Source: Gracilinanus agilis
Taxonomy: Eukaryota
DNA: 64,000 nt
NCBI RefSeq assembly: GCF_016433145.1
Contig: NC_058132.1
Location: 75,086,952 to 75,150,951, forward strand
Direction: 5' to 3'
The position numbers and the translations under genes were made by a program. Every line of letters begins with the position of its first letter. Position 1 is the stretch's first letter. Positions 45,900-56,000 of the stretch are shown piece by piece. Below the pieces are notes generated by a model. It did no database searches. It saw only the letters and a program-made list of their open reading frames with translations, and was not told where the DNA came from.

Positions 45900-48800
45900 C
45901 TGGGGGTGCTTCCTGCAGAGGAGAGGCTATCAGGGCTGAGGCGTATCCCCGGAAGATTGGGAACTGCTTAGTTGGAAAATACTCGGGGCTCAGAGCCAGC
46001 CAGACCGAAAGCCAACGTGTCGCCTGTTGGCTGGGAATCATCAGGGCTCGATCCTCTATCCAAAAAGAGCCGAACTACCTCTGCCTTACTTTCTTATTTA
46101 TCTTCCACTTCTGTCCCATGTCCTCATTTGTCTCCTTTTCCTCACTGTTTCCGAAATCAAGGGTCTCCCCCACCCACTCCTGTATCCCTTCAATGAACTC
46201 TGAAATGTACCCCTCCCCAAAGACCTCTCTGATTTCTTTCCCCATTGACCCGCTTTTCCCCCTCCTCTACTGATTCCTGTTCCACTTGTCCTATGTGTCC
46301 AATACCGCCCTCGGTGTCCTTCCATTCTTGTTCTCCCTCTAGCCCCACCTCTCCCCCGTGATCCTCCATTGGCCCTTAGGAGTTCCATACAGACCCAGTA
46401 TCTCTCCCCCATGGCTCCCACGTGCCCATTTAGCCCACTGACTCCTGCCCGGCTTCTCCCCTCACTCAGGGTGGCGGGAAACTCAGGCACCATCACCCTG
46501 AAGTGTAAGGACCTGCAGGTTCTGCAGCTGGAGATCGAAGGTTTGGAGGAGACGCTGGACATCGCCAGCTCCATCGAGGTGGGCAGGGTGTGCCAGGATT
46601 AGGGCAGCAAATCCACCCCCGGGTATTGCGGAGGGAGGAGGAGGGTGTCGGGCGCAGAGGGAGGCAGGGGGAGAACATCGGCTTTGAGTGTCGAGCCAGG
46701 GATCCCCAGACGTGCTTCCTGCCTTTCTCCTCAAGGCTTTGTCCTCGCTGGAATCTGTCAGCACTTCCTATCCATTCTTCTACAGGCCCCAGAGCCTGAG
46801 GCTGGGAGATGCCGAGGACCTGTACCCCCCGGACCACTTCTATCGGCGGGTGGCTCTCGAGGTAAGTGCCAGGGACAGGGATGAGGGCAGCCGCAGGAGG
46901 GACTTGGGGAGGCTGTGGGAAAGGGTTTGTGCCTCTGGATGGGAGCTGTGGTGGGAGGGAGACTTCAGAGATTCCTCCGTTCCTACAGACAGACGCCTGG
47001 CGCCTGAGCACAGTCAACAGGGACTTTCAGGTGTGCGCCAGCTACCCGCCTGCCCTGGTGGTGCCCCGCGGGATCGGGGACGAGGTCCTGGCACGGAGCG
47101 CCCGCTTTCGCCAAGGCGGCCGCTTCCCTGTGCTCAGTTACTATCATAGTATCAACGGCACAGTGAGTGTGGAACCGGCTCCCAGTCCCACATCCTGCGC
47201 ATCGCTCAGCCCTCGCTGTAGCCTAGCTTGTACCCCGCGCCCACGCTCCTCTCCCAGCCCCCTGGCTCCACCCAAACACCTGAACCACGCCCCCCACCCC
47301 CACCGCGGGGAATCCAACCCGCGCCTTGCTTAGGCTTCTCCCCCGCGCACCTTCAGCCTCATTCCCTGATGGATTCCAACTCTGCCCCACCCAGACCTGA
47401 CCCCCGGAATTCTCCCTGCTATCCCGAGCCCCTTCGGCTCGCCCCGACTCTGGCTGCCTCCCTCACTCCAAGCTGACCGGGTGGCCTTATCCCTGGGCGG
47501 TAAATTGGGTCACTCATCCCACCCCAAGGTGATGCTCCGCTCCAGCCAGCCCTTGCAGGGGGCCAATCGGCGACGCTGTGCAGAAGACGAGGAGCTGCTG
47601 CGGGCAGCTCTGGCCCTGGGCGGTCATCAGGGCTTAGTCTTGGACACCCGCTCGGCCCAGGCTGTCAAGCAGGCCCGAATAACCGGGGGTGGCACGGAGG
47701 CCAAGGCAGCCTACCCGGGCTGGAAACGGCTGCACCGGCCCCTGGAGAGGTAAATAACCGACTCACACACACCATTTCTTGCCAAACAATTTCTTCAAGA
47801 GCTCTGGAAGCAAAAGAATGGAATGATGGACGTTCTACAGGCACAGGAATTTGTGATTCAGGGACAAAGGATTCCAGGCGATGGCCCTACTGCCATTAGT
47901 CAACAAACATTTATTAAGTGCCTACTATGTGCCAAGAATGGTGCTAAGAGCTGAGAATACAAATAATCCTCTAATGGGGGATGGATAAAGATATCCCAAA
48001 GGCAGGGACATGAAAGAGTGCAGCCAGGTGGGAAATGAAGACATGCCTCTTCTGGGGCACGGGGAGGGCCATTCCACCTTCCTATCAGAGGATAAGGTGT
48101 AAATCCCTGGTGGAGGTGATCTAGCAGGGAGAGACGTTCCAAGGGCATAATGGAGAAGTCCAGGAGTGCAGTTAGGTGGGAAATGAGCGGCAAGTCACCA
48201 GGTCAAGGCTAGCATGAGAGAAAGCAAAATCAAAGTGGGGAAACTGGAGGGGTTGGGACCATAGGAAAAGGCTTTCAGATCCTGATTAGGGCTTAAGGAT
48301 TAGCTTCAGTGGGGGGGTGAGATAGAGTGGATTCTCCTCCACTGGTGTTTGGACTTGTTGAGTGGAATTTCAAACATCTCAGTCATTCTGGGAGGAAGGA
48401 TGGAGAGACCTTAGAGACCCCACACCAGCGAGATGGAGAGAGCAGGCTGAGATATCGTGCAGCCAGACTCTTAGCGCTGAGCCCCCTGAAGATGTACCAG
48501 GAGGTGAATGGGATGGAGAGAATAAACATAAGCCTGAAAGGTCATTGAGATTGTGTGGGTCAGTAAAGGAATCAATGAAAAAAATGGACAATCAAGGTAG
48601 TTCCTGCTCCCAAGGAGCTCACAGTCTACTACCTAGAGGAGATGACACTAATAATTGGAGGGAAACACATAGAGAAGAGTTCAACTGTAGGTCAAATTTT
48701 AAAAATGGCTGACCTTGGAACTCAAAAATATTTAAGAATAATGTTAATGTGTTTTTACATGTAGTTAGAAACAAAATAGAGTAAAAAGACTTAAATAGCA

Positions 48801-51800
48801 ATAGCTAACATTTATATAGCACTTGCTATGCACTAGGCATTATGCTAAGCATTTTGCAATTATTACCTCATTTGATCCTCACAACCCTGGCGTGCTAATA
48901 TTACTTTCATTTTACAGATAAAGAAACTGAGGCAGAGGTTGAGTGACTTGCCCAAGGTCACACAGCTAGTAGTTCCTGAAGCCACATTTGAACTCTGATC
49001 TTCCCAACACCAGCCCTGGCCCTCTAAGCACTTTATCACCCAGCTGCCCCAGGGAAACCTCAGTGAGGAGTAAGGAGTTTATGCCTCCTCCTCCTGGTCT
49101 GGAGATCTGGAGGAAAACAGTAGTTGCTACCTATGAAAAAGGTTGCAACCGGTGACATATTTCAGAAAAGCAAGCAGAGGGAAAGGAATACTGGTTGAAA
49201 AGTTCAAGGATATAGGGTACCCTTGGATGAATTTTTTTTTTAACGCTCAGTAAGACAGAAGAGTAAGGGCTAGGCAAATGGAATAAAGCAACTTGCCCAG
49301 AGTCACACAGCTAGGAAGTGTCTTGAGGCCACATTTGAATTCAGGACCTCCCAAATCCAGGCTTGGTGCTCTATCCACTGTGTCACCTAGCCAACCTTTT
49401 GGATGAGTTATGGAGGTGGATAGGTGTGTTGGACGTCTTGTGACTCTTTTGAGGAACAGTTCTCAGGTTTGGGGGCAAGGGGTAACCAGTCTGCCTTCTC
49501 CCCCCAGGGGCCGGCCCCTGCAGGACAGTTTTGTGCGTCTGGTAGAGGCCTGTACAGATCCCTCCCTGAGCATGGACCGCTGGCTCAGCAGGCTGGACGG
49601 CTGTCAATGGCTGACACACGTTAAGGAAGCACTGACCACTGCCTGTCTGGTGGCCCAGGGCATGGATAGGTAAGGCCCATGGGGCAAGAGGACCATGCCC
49701 GACTTCGGAGGAGGAGGTGCCCCAGGCTCAGCCAGGCGATAGTTGAGAATCCCACCCCCAGCCTTGGTCCAGTGTGTCCCACAGGAGGCCCAGCCTCTGG
49801 CCAGGCTAGCAAACAGGAATTAATAAGATGGGGAAACAGTAAGCATTCCAGTTTGACTGAAACAGCATCGGAAGGGGCGGAGTGTGAGACCAAGCTAGAA
49901 AGGGAAGTTAAGGGGGTATTATGGAAGGCTTCAAAGGCTGCTGCAAGCTTCCACCAGGGCAATGTGCTAGTCAGCCCTACCTGGGCAGCCGTGTCAAGGA
50001 TGGTTGTGGAGGGAGAAGCTCTGGGTGGGCAGGAGGGAGACCACTGATCCAGCCATTCCAGTCGTCCGGATGAGAGGCTGAGCTAGGGTATTGCTGTGCA
50101 TAGGGTCACTCCTGGCATTGCTACCCCATTGAAGTTTCCCCCATGGGCTCTGTCCCTCCACAAAGGTCCCTTTGTTTCTGTTCTCGGCAGTGTGTGCTAG
50201 TGTTCCTCTTGAGCTACATGCCCTGGATAGAATTGGCTTGACTTGTCAGGATTGGATATGGGGAACTGGGGGGCTCCTACTGATGGAGCCTCTTGGGTCC
50301 ATGCAGGGAAGGGGTCTGTTTCCTGGTCCATGGGGCTGAGGGCACCGATGCCACCCTCCTTGTGACCTCGCTGGCACAGCTCATCCTGGATCCCAAATGC
50401 AGAACGACGCATGGCTTCCAAAGCCTGCTGGAACGGGAATGGATCCAGGTAGGAGGCACCCAGAGGTCCTGGACCCAGTGGGAGTCCGGGATGTCAGGGA
50501 CATCTTTCTGAAGCTGGCTCCTGCTTATCCCTTTGCCCCTTTCCCCAGGCTGGCCACCCTTTCCAGCAGCGCTGTGCTCACTCGGCCTATGCCCAAAGTC
50601 GCCCCAAACATGAGGCGCCCACCTTCCTGCTCTTCCTGGACTGCGTGTGGCAGCTGAGCCGGCAATTCCCACTTTCCCTGGAGTTTGGGGAAGGGATGCT
50701 GCTGGCCTTGTTTGAGCACGCTTATGCTTCACCCTTCGGCACCTTTCTCTGCAACAGTGAGAAGGAAAGGTGAGACCCGGAGGTGGGCTGGGCCCCTCCT
50801 GTCCAACTCCCTTCTCCTCCCCATGCCAATCTGGGGGAAAATGAAAGCCAAAGGCCTCAAATCATAGAATCCCAGGAGCGGAGCAGAAAGCGGCTTCAGA
50901 GGGTACTGAGTCAAACAGCACCATGAGGAGGACCCAGTTCTGGCCCAAAGGCCTCTAGGGAGAGAATCACAGCAGGTGGCCCATTAGATGCAGTGGAGAG
51001 TCCTGGGTTCCAACCACGAGCCCACTCCTAAGGAGCTGTGTGATGTGGAACAAGACATTTGACCTCTCAGCCTCGGTTTCCTCACCTGTAGACTGAGGAG
51101 GTTGTTATGAGGATAAAATGAGACCATACCTAAGGACGAAGGTCTACAGATCTTCCAAGCACTTGTAATTGTGAGCTGCTCTCATTTGTAATGGGAACAC
51201 AGCTAAGTGGTGTAGTGGATAGAGAGCTGGACCTGGAGTCAGGAAGACCTGGGTTCAAATCTGACCTCAGACACATACGAGCTGGGTGAACCTGGGCAAG
51301 TCAAGGATATAGGGTACCCTTGGATGAATTTTTTTTAACGCTCAGTAAGACAGAAGAGTAAGGGCTAGGCAAATGGAATAAAGCAACTTGCCCTGTTTGC
51401 CTCAGTTTCCTCAACTGTAAAATGAGCTGGAGAAGGAAATGGCAAAACCACTCCAGTATCCTACCTCATTTTACAGAAGAGGAAGGGAAATGATTTGTTC
51501 AGTTTCACAGCCGCTAAGTGCTAGAGCTGGGATTCCAACCAGGTTTCCTGACTCCCCAGTTCAAGGCTTTCTCAGCTATGAAATATTGCTTCTCCGCCCT
51601 CCCTGGAATTCTGCTAAGGAGAAAGCCTTCAGTGGCTGGAAGATCATATGCTCCCAAGTGGCCCCTGACACTGACTAGAGGTGGTGACCAGTTAGCTGTC
51701 TGCTCTAGCCCTATAGCTCCTACCCATCTAACCCTTCAAGCGAGGTCTGCCCCAGAAGATGGTGCATGGGCCCACTCAAAAGCAGGGGCTGGTCTCCCTT

Positions 51801-52198
51801 TTTGGAACCTCAACCCCAGAGGCCTCTGAAAAATGTGCCTAACCTACTCTGCTCCCTGGCCAGGTACTTGTGTGAAGTGAAGACAAAGACACACTCTTTG
51901 TGGTCCAGTATGAACCAATCAAAGGAACGACAAAGATTCTGTAACCCCATCTACTCACCCAACCCCCTGGCCTTATGGCCTTCAGTGGAGCCCCAGAGCC
52001 TTCAGTTGTGGGCAGGTAAGATGTCCCTCCCAGTCCCCCTGCCAGCCCTCAGTACAGGCTCAGCTCTAACTAGCTTCATCCTCACACCCAATTCTAGGCC
52101 TTTTCCTCCGATGGACTCGTCCACCTGAGCCTGTCCAAGAGGCGTGGACACAGCTCTGGAAAATAGTGACAGAGAAAGAAGTGGTGGACACCTTTTGA
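45499..52198 (+). CDS. MTMR9L: Myotubularin-related protein 9-like, intact 10-exon ORF, 529 aa (orthologue of human pseudogene MTMR9LP)
   Basis: join(45499..45680,46470..46578,46736..46861,46989..47162,47529..47749,49508..49669,50307..50448,50549..50769,51864..52015,52098..52198) = 1590 nt. All introns are GT-AG and there is no internal stop. Exon phases and sizes follow MTMR9. It lies between FAM167B and EIF3I. Confidence 0.92.
45849..45898 (+). repeat. (TG)25 microsatellite, MTMR9-like intron 1
   Basis: Direct reading of the sequence. Confidence 0.95.
46470..46578 (+). CDS. MTMR9-like exon 2
   Basis: VAGNSGTITLKCKDLQVLQLEIEGLEETLDIASSIE. Confidence 0.92.
46736..46861 (+). CDS. MTMR9-like exon 3
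   Basis: ALSSLESVSTSYPFFYRPQSLRLGDAEDLYPPDHFYRRVALE. Confidence 0.92.
46989..47162 (+). CDS. MTMR9-like exon 4
   Basis: TDAWRLSTVNRDFQVCASYPPALVVPRGIGDEVLARSARFRQGGRFPVLSYYHSINGT. Confidence 0.93.
47529..47749 (+). CDS. MTMR9-like exon 5
   Basis: VMLRSSQPLQGANRRRCAEDEELL...DTRSAQAVKQARITGGGTEAKAAYPGWKRLHRPLE(R). Confidence 0.92.
49508..49669 (+). CDS. MTMR9-like exon 6
   Basis: GRPLQDSFVRLVEACTDPSLSMDRWLSRLDGCQWLTHVKEALTTACLVAQGMD(R). Confidence 0.93.
50307..50448 (+). CDS. MTMR9-like exon 7 (degenerate P-loop)
   Basis: EGVCFLVHGAEGTDATLLVTSLAQLILDPKCRTTHGFQSLLEREWIQ. Confidence 0.93.
50549..50769 (+). CDS. MTMR9-like exon 8
   Basis: AGHPFQQRCAHSAYAQSRPKHEAPTFLLFLDCVWQLSRQFPLSLEFGEGMLLALFEHAYASPFGTFLCNSEKE(R). 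Confidence 0.93.
51864..52015 (+). CDS. MTMR9-like exon 9
   Basis: YLCEVKTKTHSLWSSMNQSKERQRFCNPIYSPNPLALWPSVEPQSLQLWA(G). Confidence 0.92.
52098..52198 (+). CDS. MTMR9-like exon 10 (terminal)
   Basis: (G)LFLRWTRPPEPVQEAWTQLWKIVTEKEVVDTF*. Confidence 0.88.
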
Positions 52199-52399
52199 AG
52201 CCTCCATCCTTGAGCACAGGGGCACTTACTCTAATGCCCACTTCCAGCCTTTGCTTCAGACTTTTCAGGCCCCAGGGTCCCTAGCTGGCAGCCTAGAAGA
52301 CTGAAAGCCCAAGCAGGGACTCTAGCAGCTCCAAGGCTAAGCTGCAGGTACTCCCAACCTTTTTACTTCCAGGGCCATGAAGTAGAGGAAAAAGCTGAC

Positions 52400-52405
52400 A
52401 ATAAA
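52400..52405 (+). terminator. MTMR9-like poly(A) signal AATAAA
   Basis: First AATAAA after the stop, about 200 nt downstream. Confidence 0.6.
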
Positions 52406-52539
52406 TGGACCTGTGCTTATCCTCTGTTTCCTGGAATCTCAGTGGGAAGAAGGGATGGGCAAGTCTCCATTGACCACCAAACCCTGCTCTACCCCACAGC
52501 TCTTCACAGGACAATAAGACATTGTCATATCCCATTTGG

Positions 52540-52545
52540 TTTATT
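52540..52545 (-). terminator. EIF3I poly(A) signal AATAAA
   Basis: tttatt about 63 nt past the EIF3I stop. Confidence 0.65.
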
Positions 52546-52607
52546 TTTTAGTGTCCACAACTTTTCAGCAGAGGGCAGGAGGGTCAGCTGACTCCAGCTC
52601 CAACTCC

Positions 52608-53066
52608 TCACGCCTCAAACTCAAACTCAAAGTATTGTGGATCGAAGTAGTGAATTCGGACGTAGCCATCTTCTCCACCGCTGCTGTAGCTATAAGGAGA
52701 GGGGGAGGGCAGTTAGACAAGTCTGCATATACCCTGAAGGGCTCCACTCACAGAGAAACTGAGATGGACTTTGTCTTAACCCCTCCCTAAAGGGTTTTTA
52801 CCTCTTGCCATCAGGATGGAAAGCAACACTGTTAATGGGGCCAAAGTGACCTTTGACTCTTCCAAACTCCTCTTCAAAGGCAAGATGGAAGAACCTGGGA
52901 ATAGAAAATAGGGACACATATAGACTTCAAAGCTTCACCCTTTGGTAACTCTCCATGTCCTCCCTTCTCCAGGAAACAGGCTCCCCACTTACCTGGCTTC
53001 AAACTTGCCAATTCTGGTGGAGGTTGTGGTTACATCCATGGCCTCCTGTCCACCACCTAGGACTAC
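52608..53066 (-). CDS. EIF3I: EIF3I exons 9-11 (52993-53066, 52802-52894, 52608-52689)
   Basis: [25 protein letters not shown] / [31 protein letters not shown] / [26 protein letters not shown]. Confidence 0.96.
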
Positions 53067-56000
53067 CTATAGAAAGGAGGAGGCCCAGTCCCAGGCTTTA
53101 GGTTAGGGCTACCTCTTGGGGTAACATTATCTGTTTACCCTTTAGATAATGCTGTTATCTCTCCCATCAGAAAGACTTGGGAAGCTTTCCCTAAGTCTAC
53201 TGCCCAGCCCCTTTCTCCCAGAGTGCTCCTTTGTTGTGGACTTAAGAGCCACTATGGGACCTCTTCTCCCTACCCGACTTGCCATTAGTCACAGCTACCA
53301 TTTGTAAAAATCCCCATTAGCCTTTACTATTGTAAGTTAAGTTTTTGCAAGATTTGTAAGAAGCCATGTCTGGGGGGCAGGGCTGCCAGTTGGACACTTG
53401 GAATCTTGGGAGATTCCTGATGACTAAGGGATGGGCAGGAAAGCCAAGGACTGCCTTACGTGGTCATAGATGGGGGAAAGAGCAGCTGAGTTGACAGGTC
53501 GTTCAGTCCTGAATGTTTTCTGGTGCTCAAGTGTTGTGGAGTCAAAGAGCTAAAAATACATATTAGAAAGGGGAAAGAGAGATGAGAATAAGGGTGGGCC
53601 CCTGATCTGGAGCAAGTATGCCTCTGGCTTCTACCCCAGCACTCACCTTGGCTGTATTGTCCTTGGATGCAGTGACAAACATTGTCATATCTCGAGAGGT
53701 CTGAATGTCGTTGATTTGCCTTGAGTGTTCCTTAACATTCACCATCACTTCTCCAGACTGTGGGGGGGAAGGCATAGCTCAAGGTCCATGGCCTCATTTC
53801 CTACCACCAGGAGTCCAAAGCTTCTGCTCTCTGGTGAATGGGCATTGGTAATATTGTCTTGCCACCAGCCACTCTCCCTATATCCTGATCCTCCCAAACC
53901 CACCATTTGTTTCCAATCTCACCATCCAGGACCTTCCCTGGTTCCCCAGCCCTCACCTTAGCACTGTATTGGTTGAGCTCCCCATTTTCATGGCCAGCAA
54001 TGATGCATTCCCCCAAGGGTCCCCACACGGCACTTGTGATCTTAGCATCAGCATTACAGGGGATCTTCATATAGGGTTCATTGCTATCTGTGTGTGTGTG
54101 TGGGAAATAGATAGATGGTGAAGACTGGCCCTGGGGCTACACTGGGCCCCACCTTTGCTCTCCGAGTCCCTGGATCCCCATACCATCTCAAGTCATTACC
54201 GATCTGGCTAGGGTCTCGTAGGTCAAAGAAACTGACAAAGCACTGGTACCCCATCTGTTTGTCTGTGGAGAACATGATGATGTTGCCCCCAAAGTCGAAG
54301 CCACACGTACGGACAGCTGAGTTGGTCTTCAATAGAGCCAGTTGTTTCCCTAGAGATGGGTACAGGTTGGGTAACTGTTCCTTCCACTCCTCATCCCCCT
54401 AAAAGTCCCAGCTCTATCTCTACCATCTTTATTGCTCCTTCTGTTTCCATGGGTGAAAATGGCTCCCCAGGAAACTGGGCTCAGCTCTCAGAAAGAGAGA
54501 TTAAATAAGGCAACACCAATCCCGCCTCTCAAGTACTCTTGTCAAAGAATTTCAGAGGCCATCAGTTCCAAATGATACATGAGCAGAAATGCTTTCCAAA
54601 TCCCTGACAAGGGACCATCCATCCTCTGCTAAAGCCCTCCACTAAGACAAATACATAGTCTTGTAAGACAGCTCATTCCACATTGAGCAGCCTCTGATTG
54701 TTAATAAGTTTTCTCATAAATTGAGGTAAAATTTGGTCCCCTCATTCTGGGCTTGACTTCCATCCCTAAAGTGTGGACACCAAGTAAACTGCTTCATCCA
54801 ACTTGGGAGAAGAATACCAGAACAGGAAGTCTGATGTATCTGACCAATCTGGTCAACTAGGAATAGGTGTAGTCTAGCAAAAAAAAAAAAAAAACCCACT
54901 AATAAAAACAAACCCCAAAAACCTTTACCTTCCCCTTGGAATCAATACTGTGTATTGGTTCTAAAGCAGAAGAGCAGTAAAGACTAGGCAAAGGGATTTA
55001 AGTGACTTGCCCAGGGTCACACAGCAGGGAAGTATCTGTGACAATCCAAGGGTTCTCAATCTAGTAGCCATCTAGCTTCCCCCAGGCACTGCCTTTAAAA
55101 ACTGATGTTAGGAGCCCAGAAAAAAAGAGGCCATCAAATATACCAGATATATATCTTTTTTTTGGAGAAAGTAGTAGGATGTGCTAAAAAGCACAGTGGA
55201 CAGAGAACCAGAAAAACCAGAGCATAGGCCTAGCTCTAGCCTTCACTTTGTGACTTTGGCCAAGTCATTTCCTTCCCTCTGGGCCTCAGTTTTTGCCTCC
55301 ATAAAAGGAGGAAGATAGACTATAGGATTCCCAAATTCTTTTCCAGTTCTGACACTCTTATGAGACCGTTTGATTCCTAATATCCCCTTGACATCAGTCA
55401 AGCCCACTCCCAAATGATAAACTCCATTCAGCTACCAGAGTTGGAAAGCTAAGGCAGTAATGTTGGGGTTCTGATGGTAGTAGATGATTACCTGTCTCAC
55501 AATCCCAGAGACGGCAGCTGTTGTCAGCAGAGCCAGTAAGGACATGTTTGGTGTCCCCTGGAGAAGTTGTTAAGGAAAGTCACCAAATTCATCTGGCACC
55601 TTTTCCACGAGTGGCAGGGGAAGCTGTCTGATTTTTTTAAAACCATCCAGACATCCTATGCAGCCAGGTACTCTATCTTTGATCAGCATAAAGTACTAGC
55701 TCTTTCTCTAAGACAGTAACATTAGAGGAACATGAAGCTCTCAGAGGTCCCTAGGGTCTTACCCTAGAGGAATAGTCAGAGCATGAAGGATACAGTCAGC
55801 ATCCACACACCACACAGCTCCAGTATGTCCAGTGTAGGTGCCAAGCCTCTCGCCATTCACTGAATACCACACATTGACAATCTAGTGAAGCAAAGATATC
55901 AGTTTGTACCTAACCCCTAAAAGAGGTAACCAGGAAAAAAGTAAAAACCTTCCCTTCCTTTCCCTGAGAGTCTTCCAGCAGCTTCCAGCCTGTTCTCTTA

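Noticed and set aside
45499-52198. Calling the locus a pseudogene by analogy with human MTMR9LP
   Set aside because: I found no frameshift, premature stop or broken splice site in any of the ten exons.
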